This document shows, one piece after another, positions 1 through 9,464 of a stretch of DNA of 64,000 nucleotides. The DNA is from Bdellovibrionales bacterium (GTDB taxonomy: Bacteria; Bdellovibrionota; Bdellovibrionia; Bdellovibrionales; JAUICD01), in NCBI GenBank assembly GCA_965262715.1, contig OZ253553.1, forward strand, positions 2,656,001-2,720,000, read 5' to 3'. The notes under the pieces are model-generated. The model had not been told where the DNA came from. It did no database searches and saw only the letters and a list, made by a program, of their open reading frames with translations. The first letter of the stretch is position 1; every line of letters begins with the position of its first letter. The position numbers were made by a program, and so were the translations under genes.

Positions 1-586
1 CAAAATGTTCTGTTCCTTGAGGAAAATATGCGAGGTCTTTATCAGGAAGTTGAATCATATACTTTTCCATATCTTTTTTAGCTAAACTGATAAAGTAATT
101 TCCGATTCTATTGCCTAATCCTCTAGATCCACTATGAAGCATCACCCAAAGACTTTCAGATTCATCAAGGCAAAGCTCTATAAAGTGATTTCCTCCACCG
201 AGAGTTCCTAATTGAACCTCTCGCTTTTTTGCAGCAGCCAAAGGCTTTTCTTCAGTAAGTTTTTGTAACCCTTCCAGCTCCTTAGCCTCCTTTTTTTGCA
301 ATAACATCATCCATCTATTAAATTCAATTTGCAATTTTTTGAGTTCTTTCATAACCATTTCAACGCCAGATATAACTCGAACATGTTTAAAATCCTCAAA
401 GGTTTGAAACTCAAAACCTCTCTTGACATCCACTAAGATAAAGTCCATATTTCTATCTCTAGGATATAAACTTGTAATAACGTCTTTAACAAAATTAGAC
501 TTGTCACCTGCTGTCTGATTTACAACTAGAAGATGAAGCATCTCAATGAGATTGCAAAAAACTTCATTTATACAACTTTCTCCCAT
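1..586 (-). CDS. Chimeric ORF running off the window edge: degenerate FtsK/SpoIIIE-like N-terminal fragment fused in frame to the central/C-terminal part of RtcB
   Basis: Manual translation from ATG 586: MGESC...HLLVVNQTAGDKSNFVKDVITSL...DFILVDVKRG...EEKPLAAAKKREVQLGTLGGGNHFIELCLDE...HSGSRG. Nt 1-244 align to 5848-6091 of rtcB with about 15 mismatches (hand count). Confidence 0.75.
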   Translation of the reverse strand, partial: MGESCINEVFCNLIEMLHLLVVNQTAGDKSNFVKDVITSLYPRDRNMDFILVDVKRGFEFQTFEDFKHVRVISGVEMVMKELKKLQIEFNRWMMLLQKKEAKELEGLQKLTEEKPLAAAKKREVQLGTLGGGNHFIELCLDESESLWVMLHSGSRGLGNRIGNYFISLAKKDMEKYMIQLPDKDLAYFPQGTEHF

Positions 587-611
587 TTGAAGCCTCTCTA
601 GCCTCCTTGTT

Positions 612-806
612 CAACAGAAGTGTGAAAAAATAGACTTGACTCTCTATAATGTCGCTGAGGAAGATATGGACGTGAGATCATGTCAGTACTGGTAGAAGAT
701 TGAAAGCGGGCAGAAGAATAAAAACCTAACGACATTCTTTAAGGTTTGCCAAACTTTGGATATATATCCGAGTAGGATATTGAAGCAATTTAGTATTGAT
801 CAATGA
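612..806 (+). pseudogene. XRE-family helix-turn-helix regulator remnant
   Basis: Frame reads QQKCEKIDLTLYNVAEEDMDVRSCQYW*KIESGQKNKNLTTFFKVCQTLDIYPSRIL, with an in-frame TAG at 693 just before the XRE-like KIESG motif. Confidence 0.55.
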
Positions 807-869
807 GGTATTAGTGTATAATTTTAATTAATGTTATTTAAGGTCACCAATGTATTTTACTGATCACTC

Positions 870-3317
870 ATGAGGGTACCAATGGGCATTGACCTAGCAA
901 AGATACGATTTGACCAGTTTTTCGTCGAATGGAAAGCGTCACAATCTGCCATAATTAACGAGAGTGACACTCGCTTTCAGATGATTGATCGTATGTTAAT
1001 TGAGGTTATGGAATGGAAGCACTTAGATATACGCACAGAAAGGCATAGCTCATCTGGCTATGCTGATTATCTTTTATCTCGAGACAATAGGAGTTATTTA
1101 GTCATCGAAGCAAAAAAGAAAGATAACCTTCTCATCGATACAAGAAATCCCAATGTGGCTCACTACAAGGTGGGAGGATCTGCGCTTAAAAGTGCGGAAG
1201 AAGGCATAAAACAAGCTCGTAAATATTGTGTGGACGTTGGGGTCTCTTTTGCTGCTCTTACCACAGGAATTGAGTGGATATTCTTTACCGCTATTAGAAC
1301 AGATGGGCGACCTCCAGCAGAGGGGAAAGCTATTGTATTTCCGAATCTACAGTCCATAAATAAAAATTTTGCCAAGTTCTATGACCTCCTTTCTAAGTCT
1401 GGTTGTGATAAGGAACTAATAAGAGTTCGGCTACAAGAAGCTGAGGGGCTAGAGATAATATCTGAAGAGGAACTGTACTCAATCCAAGATCCTCAGAAAG
1501 CTCGATTCATGAAAAAATCTCAGATCGCACAAGACCTGAACCGAGTGTTTGACGAATTCTTCGGCACAATATCAGGAAATAATGATACAGAAATGCTCTC
1601 TAAATGTTTTGTTGAGACGAAGGAAAGCCGTGAAGCAGATACAACATTAGACAAAATTACACGAAAGTTGACGAACGATATTCAAGTCGTTAATAGCCGA
1701 GGAGTAGCTCTTGCAAAACGCATTGAAGCAGCAGTTGAATCTCGTAGAGGGGAATTTGTTCTCGTTATCGGAAATAAAGGAGCAGGTAAATCGACATTTA
1801 TTGATCGATTCTTCAAATTAGTACTTGAAAATAGTTTACGAAAACAATGTTTAGTTGTTAAAGTTGATCTAACGAGTGCTTCTAGCAGTCTTGATACACT
1901 AGATAGTTGGCTTACGAACTGTCTGAAAAAAGTTCTAGAACGGGAATTGTTTGATTCTTCTGCACCAAAATATGAAGAGCTACAAGGAATATTTTGGAAA
2001 GATTATCAAAGGTGGAAAGTGGGAGAACACAAGTTTCTTTATAAGACAAATCGAAATGAATTCAAAATTAAATTTGGAGAATACATATATAACTTAGCGA
2101 AAGAACAACCTAAAAAATACATAATTGAATTGTTGAGACATTCCATTAAGTCGCGACAGCTTTTGCCTTGCTTAATATTTGATAACACAGACCATTACCA
2201 ACAAACATATCAAGAACATGTGTTTCAATATGCACAATCAATCTTCCAAGAAGTTCTTTCATTCGTTATTTGCCCAATTACAGATCGAACCATTTGGCAG
2301 CTTTCAAAACAAGGACCATTACAGAGCTATCGAACTACGCAGTTTTACCTTCCAGTCCCTTCGACCAAGGAGGTTTTGCATAAAAGAATAAACTTTATCA
2401 AACAAAAAATAGAAGGTAAGTCTACAAGCGGAGAGTACTTCTCACAAAAAGGGATTCGCTTAAATCTTTCTGACATAAAAGGGTTTGCTCTCTGTCTTGA
2501 AGAGATTTTTATCAACACAGAGTATTTAGGGAAAATCGTCGGTTGGTTGTCTAATCATGATATTCGCAGAGGATTAAGAATTTCACAGGATATAATCACA
2601 TCACCAATCTTGAATATAGAGGAGCTTCTAAAGCTATACATTTTTAAAGGAAAATCGATACAAAAACAATCAATCAAAGAAAGAAAAATACGTCAAGCCT
2701 TAATACTAGGAAACTACAATACCTTTATAAAGAAAAATAGTAGTTTTATTTTAAATGTGTTTCAGGTAATTGGTACTGATATTACCACTCCTATGGCAAC
2801 ACTATCAATACTTCAGTTGTTAATGGATAAAGAAGTGTCAGCAAGCTCACCAATAGAGCCATACATGACAATTGATAAAATTGTGAATTATTGTGAACCA
2901 ATGGGTATTAGTCGCTCAGCCACAATTAAGCATTTAAAAGAGCTTTTGGAGTATAGGCTAATAGAACCGTATGACCCAACAGATTCAGATATATATATGG
3001 AGCAGAGGGTTAGAATTACATATGCAGGGCGTATTCACATGGATTTTGCTCTTAAGGATGAAACTTACTTTATACAAATGGCTCTTGCTACACAGATTCG
3101 ATCATCAGATATTGCGGTTCAAGGTCGAGGTATATTTTACAGTGGTGATAAAATGACTCGAAGTGACTGGCTTGAAATTGCTTGTCTTTTTGCAAACTAT
3201 TGTGATCAGCAAGATAGGCTTTTCGTGAATATACCAACTGTAGATTCATACTTAGGACAAAAAGAGCTTCGCAACCAATTTAGGCAACGTTGGATCAATA
3301 AAGATGAAATACTCTGA
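870..3317 (+). CDS. HsdR-N-like PD-(D/E)XK nuclease fused to a P-loop NTPase; candidate anti-phage protein
   Basis: N-terminal NESDTR...GYADYLL...VIEAKK...TTGIEW nuclease motifs; Walker A GNKGAGKST; Walker B LIFDNTD. Confidence 0.75.
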   Translation: MRVPMGIDLAKIRFDQFFVEWKASQSAIINESDTRFQMIDRMLIEVMEWKHLDIRTERHSSSGYADYLLSRDNRSYLVIEAKKKDNLLIDTRNPNVAHYKVGGSALKSAEEGIKQARKYCVDVGVSFAALTTGIEWIFFTAIRTDGRPPAEGKAIVFPNLQSINKNFAKFYDLLSKSGCDKELIRVRLQEAEGLEIISEEELYSIQDPQKARFMKKSQIAQDLNRVFDEFFGTISGNNDTEMLSKCFVETKESREADTTLDKITRKLTNDIQVVNSRGVALAKRIEAAVESRRGEFVLVIGNKGAGKSTFIDRFFKLVLENSLRKQCLVVKVDLTSASSSLDTLDSWLTNCLKKVLERELFDSSAPKYEELQGIFWKDYQRWKVGEHKFLYKTNRNEFKIKFGEYIYNLAKEQPKKYIIELLRHSIKSRQLLPCLIFDNTDHYQQTYQEHVFQYAQSIFQEVLSFVICPITDRTIWQLSKQGPLQSYRTTQFYLPVPSTKEVLHKRINFIKQKIEGKSTSGEYFSQKGIRLNLSDIKGFALCLEEIFINTEYLGKIVGWLSNHDIRRGLRISQDIITSPILNIEELLKLYIFKGKSIQKQSIKERKIRQALILGNYNTFIKKNSSFILNVFQVIGTDITTPMATLSILQLLMDKEVSASSPIEPYMTIDKIVNYCEPMGISRSATIKHLKELLEYRLIEPYDPTDSDIYMEQRVRITYAGRIHMDFALKDETYFIQMALATQIRSSDIAVQGRGIFYSGDKMTRSDWLEIACLFANYCDQQDRLFVNIPTVDSYLGQKELRNQFRQRWINKDEIL

Positions 3318-3491
3318 TCTTAAGGTGTGTCGGGATTTATTTTTCAGGGGATAAAAGGATAAGAATATAGAGCATATACCCTCTGTTAATGATGTAGAGT
3401 TCAGAAAGTGCTATCTGTCACCTATCTGTTGGAATTCTATAATGTTGTTTCGAATTTATTTTTAATATTTTGACATATAAGGAGATACATT

Positions 3492-4964
3492 TTGAAACAA
3501 AATCATATCCAAAACCATTTCAATATCAGGCTGTTGAAATTTTTACTGAATCAAGGTAGAGAATGCGAATGGATAGAGTTCAAAGAAAATAACTTTGACC
3601 CAGTTATTATTGGCAAGACACTTTCGGCTCTTTCCAACTCCGCATTTCTTCATGATGAAGCCTATGGGTATTTGATCTATGGCATCAAAAATGAATCCCT
3701 TGAAATTATTGGTACCAGCTATAAACCCAAAATACATAAGGTTGGCAATCAAGAAGTTGAAAATTGGCTAGCTACTCAATTAGATCCTCGGATTGATTTC
3801 CGTATTATTGAGTTTGATACCTCTGAAGGTAGAGTAGTATTCTTTAGAGTAGATGCGACAAGGGTGAGGCCCGTTTCATTCAAAGGAAATGAGTTCATAC
3901 GTATCGGGTCATACACAAAGAGACTGAAAGAACACCCTGAAATGGAAAGAAAAATCTGGGGGAAGGCATCAAGAGAATCTTTTGAAACTCAGAAATCTGA
4001 AGTTAACCTTACAGATGATCAAATCCTCAGCCTCCTTAATTATACGACATACTTCGATCTTACAGAACAACCCTTGCCCTCCAATAAAGAGTCCCTTCTT
4101 ACAAAATTAGAAGAGGAGAAGTTAATTGTCTCAGAAAAAAACGGAACTAAAGCAATTACAAACCTAGGAGCAATCCTATTTGCTAAAGACTTGAAACATT
4201 TTACCTATCTTCAAAGAAAAGCTGTTAGAGTGATTATATATAAGGGAAAAAATCGCTTAATTACTATAAAAGAGCTAGAAGAGAGAAAAGGCTATGCAGC
4301 AGGTTTTGAAGAGCTTGTTCATTATATTAATGACCAACTTCCTACTCATGAACAAATAGAAAAAACCTTGCGTAAGAAGATTCATGTCTTTCCAACAATA
4401 GCTATAAGAGAATTAGTAGCTAACATGCTGATCCATCAAGATTTCGACATTTCTGGTACTGGTCCAATGGTAGAAATTTTTTCAGATAGAATAGAGGTTT
4501 CTAACCCTGGTAAGCCTTTGATCAATACTCTACGACTTCTTGATCACAATCCTCGCTCAAGAAACGAAAAATTAGCTTATTTTATGAGAAGAATTAAAGT
4601 ATGTGAAGAAAGAGGGAGTGGGATTGATAAGGTTGTAGCTGCAACCGAGACAAACAATTTGCCAGCACCTAATTTCATTTATGAGGATCAGTATTTTAAA
4701 ACTATCCTTTATGGTCCTAAATCTCTTAAACAAATGACCAAACGAGATAAAGTACGAACAACTTATTTACATAGTTGTTTAAAATATATCTCTAGCGAGG
4801 TCATGACCAATGAGTCTCTGAGGAGTCGGTTGGGCATAAAGAAGGCAAATTATCCCTTGGCCTCAAGAATTATTAAGGAGACTCTCAAAGAAGAATTGAT
4901 TAAACCCAGTGATCCGGATAATAAAGCACCAAAGCATTCGAGTTACATTCCTTTCTGGGCTTAG
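3492..4964 (+). CDS. Schlafen/AlbA_2 domain plus HATPase_c_4 domain plus C-terminal HTH protein
   Basis: ECEWIEFKEN and GYLIYGI (AlbA_2); RELVANMLIHQDF, EVSNPG, RSRNEKLA and EERGSGI (HATPase_c_4). Confidence 0.85.
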   Translation: MKQNHIQNHFNIRLLKFLLNQGRECEWIEFKENNFDPVIIGKTLSALSNSAFLHDEAYGYLIYGIKNESLEIIGTSYKPKIHKVGNQEVENWLATQLDPRIDFRIIEFDTSEGRVVFFRVDATRVRPVSFKGNEFIRIGSYTKRLKEHPEMERKIWGKASRESFETQKSEVNLTDDQILSLLNYTTYFDLTEQPLPSNKESLLTKLEEEKLIVSEKNGTKAITNLGAILFAKDLKHFTYLQRKAVRVIIYKGKNRLITIKELEERKGYAAGFEELVHYINDQLPTHEQIEKTLRKKIHVFPTIAIRELVANMLIHQDFDISGTGPMVEIFSDRIEVSNPGKPLINTLRLLDHNPRSRNEKLAYFMRRIKVCEERGSGIDKVVAATETNNLPAPNFIYEDQYFKTILYGPKSLKQMTKRDKVRTTYLHSCLKYISSEVMTNESLRSRLGIKKANYPLASRIIKETLKEELIKPSDPDNKAPKHSSYIPFWA

Positions 4965-5323
4965 TTACATTAAGTAGAAATATAAATTATTGAAATTATT
5001 ACATTTATAAGTTAGCCCCTTTAGTAGAGTTACATTAACAACACATAAAGAAATTAATGCAATGTCTTTTTTTGAGACCTTCTAGGCCAATATTTTCTTG
5101 GAGGTGAATTCCCCACTATTTAGATCAAAAAAACTTTTCTCGCTCACTTTTTTACTTGCCCATTCCACCAGATTCAAATTTGTCCGTTTCCAGACCATCG
5201 AGTACATCTTTTCGACAATTTGAAGATGTTCGACCACCCCTACCACTTCCTATATAGAAATGCTGACTTTGTTAGCCTATCACGTCGAAGACCGAGGGGT
5301 TTGAGCCAAAACGATCTGTGTGT

Positions 5324-6520
5324 TTAACCTTTAACACACACAATTTGCTTTAAAGTATATAAGATTTCAACAAGGTCTTTTTGGGCTTCCATCACTTTGT
5401 CAATATCCTTATAGGCTTTAGGTGATTCATCTAAAACACCTTTATCTTTTCTGCACTCTACTCCTTTTGTGGCTCTGCGATGTTCTTCAAGAGAGATCAA
5501 TTGCTTAGCTTTAGTTCGGGACATCACTCTGCCTGCGCCATGAGAGCAGCTATGAAAACTCTCTTCGTTTCCAAGCCCTCTGACAATATAGGATTTAGCT
5601 CCCATACTGCCAGGTATAATTCCTAAATCGCCTACCCTCGCTCGAACAGCACCTTTCCTAGTTATATATACATTTTGATCATAATGATGTTCAATTTCTA
5701 CATAGTTGTGATGACAGTTGATAGCTTGCTTTTCTACTTTCATAAATGGAAAATCTTTCAATAACACTTCTAAAATATGTTTCATCATGATCTCTCGATT
5801 GATGCGAGCAAACTCTTGTGCCCAGTGGACAGCTATCATGTACTCTTTAAAATGCTCTGTCCCTTGAGGAAAATATGCGAGATCTTTATCAGGAAGTTGA
5901 ATCATATACTTTTCCATATCTTTTTTAGCTAAACTGATAAAGTAGTTTCCGATTCTATTGCCTAATCCTCGAGATCCACTATGAAGCATCACCCAAAGAC
6001 TGTCAGGTTCATCAAGACAAAGTTCAATAAAGTGATTTCCTCCACCAAGAGTTCCTAATTGAACTTCACGCCTTTTTGCAGCAGCCAAAGGATGTCTTTC
6101 AATAATACCATTGTAAATTTCTGCAAGTCCTGCCCACTGAGCTTCCACAGTTTTTGGCAGCTTGTTATGAGCAGATTGCCCCACAGGAACAACTGATTCG
6201 ATAGAAGATCGGATATTGGATAAAGAGTCAGGTAAATCTTTCGCTAGAAGATTGGTCTTTACAGCCATCATACCACAGCCAATATCTACACCTACAGCAG
6301 ATGGGATAACAGCTCTCATTGTAGGGATCACACTACCGATTGTAGCACCTTTTCCGAGATGAACATCTGGCATAGCAGCAATCCATTTATAAATAAAAGG
6401 AAGTCCTGCAATATTCTGAAGTTGCTTTTTAGCTTCCTGTTCAAATGGCACACCTCTAGTCCAAGACTTAATCATCTTTTTTGAACTACTGGTTAATATT
6501 TCATAGTTGGGTTTTTTCAT
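5324..6520 (-). CDS. rtcB: RtcB RNA-splicing/repair ligase
   Basis: MPDVHLG, VGVDIGCG, GGGNHF, HSGSRG, HHNY and SHGAGR motifs. Confidence 0.96.
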   Translation of the reverse strand: MKKPNYEILTSSSKKMIKSWTRGVPFEQEAKKQLQNIAGLPFIYKWIAAMPDVHLGKGATIGSVIPTMRAVIPSAVGVDIGCGMMAVKTNLLAKDLPDSLSNIRSSIESVVPVGQSAHNKLPKTVEAQWAGLAEIYNGIIERHPLAAAKRREVQLGTLGGGNHFIELCLDEPDSLWVMLHSGSRGLGNRIGNYFISLAKKDMEKYMIQLPDKDLAYFPQGTEHFKEYMIAVHWAQEFARINREIMMKHILEVLLKDFPFMKVEKQAINCHHNYVEIEHHYDQNVYITRKGAVRARVGDLGIIPGSMGAKSYIVRGLGNEESFHSCSHGAGRVMSRTKAKQLISLEEHRRATKGVECRKDKGVLDESPKAYKDIDKVMEAQKDLVEILYTLKQIVCVKG

Positions 6521-6955
6521 AATTGCTCTTGTTATTATTGTTTTGAATTGAATATTTATATTTCTTTTTTTAAGTATAGCATTTTTCGAGTTTTACATCT
6601 TAATAATTAAGACCATTCAGTATTTAACAGAGCCTAAATCGATGAAAATGAGCTAAAAAGAAGAGCTTCTGGTAAAATAGGCTCTGTAATATTTTCTTTT
6701 CTTCTGTAATCTCTAATTGGACAATAGGTAAATAATTAAGGTTTATGACACTTACAATGGCAAAGACTTTTAGAAATTATACAACAACGCCGTTTCGTCG
6801 TAGTAAATCTCCACAATTTTTAACTTTTTATCCATAACTTTCCAACAAGCAGCATAAGTTGGCCGTCCACTGACAAAAATAGTTATCTCTTTCCTTCTAG
6901 AGAGCATTAACCCCCCTTTTTTCGCGCTTTTATTTAAAAAACCTCATTTTTTATA

Positions 6956-6971
6956 TGGCATCTTTTTTGCT
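6956..6971 (+). promoter_or_regulatory. Putative sigma-54 (-24/-12) promoter for the vWA lipoprotein gene
   Basis: TGGCATCTTTTTTGCT has the exact GG-N10-GC spacing and lies about 58 nt upstream of ATG 7029. Confidence 0.6.
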
Positions 6972-7028
6972 CTGTTATATATATGTTTTTTTAATTTGTA
7001 CTTTCAATAATTTTAACAAGGAAGCTTC

Positions 7029-7901
7029 ATGAACCTATTATATAAATTAACTATTGCAGTATGCTGTTCAGCAATGATAGTGGCATGCTCTAACAATGCA
7101 GACTATCCATTAACTGAAGAACCAACTCAGTTGTCGGAGATGACTCAAGTGCACTTTCGACATGACACATCCCTTCCTCCTACATCAAAGACAATTTTAG
7201 TTCCACTATCTTTACATGAAGAGGACCATGACGAAGGAGAGGTTTATATAAGAGGTTCACAAGAACACAGTCATAAGCTAGAAGTGGCCCTTGTTCAGAA
7301 GTTAGAAGTGGTCTTTGTGATTGATACAGGAGCAAATATGCAAAGATATAGAAATGTGATTACAGATAGTGTGAGATATCTTAAAGATGAATTAGAAAAA
7401 CATCAAGTTTATCCCGAGTTCTGCCTTGTGACATTTAAAGATTCAGTAGAACAAACATGCCGTAGTTTTATTAATAATAATAATTTTACAGCTTTTCAAA
7501 GTTATATCTCTAATTTGAGATTGACTGGAGGAGGCGGAACAAATACACAAAACCCACTAGCAGGGTTAGACGCAGCAGCAGACATACCTCGTTCTCACAG
7601 TCAACGTATAATTATTCTGATCACAGACGCTTTACCTTGGTTAGAGGTCCATAGCTCACACAGACGTAGAGTTCCTCAGTATTCTAGAGTTCTTGATAAG
7701 CTTCACTCTCAATCTGAAACACCAGTTTTTGCTTTGACTCGCAGTCATGATTTATTTTTTGATCTTACAGAAGATACACTTGGTCAATGGTTTGACATCA
7801 GAAAGATTGAAAAGGAAGAGATTAGTATAGATTACGTTTTCAATCAAATTGGAGAATATCTCAATACATTGTATGATGGAGAACTTATTATTGCAGATTA
7901 A
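7029..7901 (+). CDS. vWA-domain lipoprotein
   Basis: Lipobox MIVAC; vWA strands VVFVIDTG, LVTFKD, GGGGTN and IIILITDA. Confidence 0.8.
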   Translation: MNLLYKLTIAVCCSAMIVACSNNADYPLTEEPTQLSEMTQVHFRHDTSLPPTSKTILVPLSLHEEDHDEGEVYIRGSQEHSHKLEVALVQKLEVVFVIDTGANMQRYRNVITDSVRYLKDELEKHQVYPEFCLVTFKDSVEQTCRSFINNNNFTAFQSYISNLRLTGGGGTNTQNPLAGLDAAADIPRSHSQRIIILITDALPWLEVHSSHRRRVPQYSRVLDKLHSQSETPVFALTRSHDLFFDLTEDTLGQWFDIRKIEKEEISIDYVFNQIGEYLNTLYDGELIIAD

Positions 7902-8123
7902 CAAAAACAACAAGAAGCGGTATCAAAACCCTATACAACTCAATACATTTTAAAAAATAAAATATCTACTTATATTAAAGGTTTTTTCTTTGTTTGAAAA
8001 TATTTTTTTACTTTTTTAAATTCTGCTGCAAATGAACTCATAATGAAAGATATGTGAGTGCAGGACAAAGGTGGGGTGGGGCTAGGGAGATAAATAGAAG
8101 AATTGAACTTGAATGGTAATGTT

Positions 8124-8402
8124 TTAGTCATTAAAAGTTAAAGACACATTGTAATCAGTAGCTATATTTTTTAGGCAATGTTTTACTGCTAGATTGGCAT
8201 TAGAAATGTGAAAAGGCGGCTTTTGCTTAATTTTTATCACATTGATAATCTCATCACCAAAAGAAGAACCTAATGCAATCACATCTGTAAAATCTAATGC
8301 CACAGGAAATTCTTCTGTCTTTAATAGCTCTTGCGCCATTTGTTTCCCATATTGACGATCTGTCAAGGTTTTACCAAAACGCTTCATCAAAATAACATTC
8401 AT
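8124..8402 (-). CDS. Stand-alone STAS-like (DUF4325) protein
   Basis: LTDRQYG...VALDFTDVIALGSSFGDE pattern typical of DUF4325. Confidence 0.75.
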   Translation of the reverse strand: MNVILMKRFGKTLTDRQYGKQMAQELLKTEEFPVALDFTDVIALGSSFGDEIINVIKIKQKPPFHISNANLAVKHCLKNIATDYNVSLTFND

Positions 8403-8560
8403 AGTTTCCTCAAAATATTATCTAACATTTTGTTTATAGATATACGACTCACACTTTTTATATTGTTATCTAAAAATTCCCCTTATAAGGGTATTTTACA
8501 TCTCTTTACAAATCTTTACAAGCTTTTACATATTAGTATATTTCATCTAACTGTTGATTT

Positions 8561-9105
8561 TTATTTATTTAATCGAAGTGACTTAGGATTGCCTGTAAAT
8601 ACTTTATAATTTTTCACTAATTTTGAGAAATCATAATCATCTGTGAGTATATTTATTCCCTTACCTTTAATCAAATTAGATACATAGGCATCATTAAAAT
8701 CACTTCTGCGAGAATCACACAGTACTTGATCAAATGACATCTTACTCATTTCATCATCGAGGCATTTGACTTGCTTTAATATTTTTCTTTTACTGTTTGT
8801 TCAATAATTTTAAAGGTTTCTGAAAAAGCCTGTGAAGGTCTATAATCACTCTTGTATTTTTTTATGTGAACATTATTGAAACGACAATCTATTCTTAAAT
8901 ATCTATTTATAAATTCAGACAAAATAAGGCTTGTAGTGTAGAGTGTTGAATCGGCTTTAAGTAATTTATTATAAAAGGAGCTATATTTTTTTATAGTACT
9001 TCTTTTATAATTTCCAATCGAGCAATAAAGAAATAACCAAATATTTGTGTCCAAAATATAGTGTTCTGATTTTGAAGGCGTATGTGTTTGTATATCAATG
9101 ATCAT
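8561..9105 (-). pseudogene. PIN-domain (VapC-like) nuclease split by a 1-nt frameshift
   Basis: ILDTNIW and SLILSEF in ORF 8776-9105; SDFNDAY and ILTDDYDF in ORF 8561-8749. Adding one A to the A5 run near 8782-8786 joins them (KEKILKQVKCLDDEMSK). Confidence 0.8.
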
Positions 9106-9454
9106 TGCCTAACTCTTCATCAATACTTTTTTCAACTTCTTCTGGATTTTCAAAATATTTTTTTGCAACGCTTATAACTCTTTTTAAAATTTCCATATCT
9201 GTTGGCTCAAGATCAAGAATTTCAAGTTTTTCATTAAGCTGATCACTTGTATATTTCTTATATAATTGACCTATAGCTGCATTTAAAAAAGCCGTAGTTA
9301 TAAGTTGAATGTTTTTAAAACTAACTTGTACGGAGATTTCTTTATCTAAAGCTTTTTCAATTCTCTGGTATAGACTATCACCTTCTTCAGTTGATATGGC
9401 TGAACTTTCTCCTATACATTCATAGACAGAGATAAGTAATTTTTTATTGTTCAT
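9095..9454 (-). CDS. STAS-like (DUF4325) protein
   Basis: GDSLY...VSFKNIQLITTAFLNAAIGQLY; SD AAGGAGA precedes ATG 9454; the stop overlaps the PIN start. Confidence 0.8.
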   Translation of the reverse strand: MNNKKLLISVYECIGESSAISTEEGDSLYQRIEKALDKEISVQVSFKNIQLITTAFLNAAIGQLYKKYTSDQLNEKLEILDLEPTDMEILKRVISVAKKYFENPEEVEKSIDEELGNDH

Positions 9455-9464
9455 ATAATCTCCT

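Noticed and set aside
636..650. TTGACT...TATAAT promoter
   Set aside because: The boxes are only 3 nt apart; the sequence lies within the XRE pseudogene
5280..5312. tRNA 3'-end-like fragment downstream of rtcB (minus strand GGCTCAAACCCCTCGGTCTTCG)
   Set aside because: Only loose T-loop resemblance; no cloverleaf or CCA
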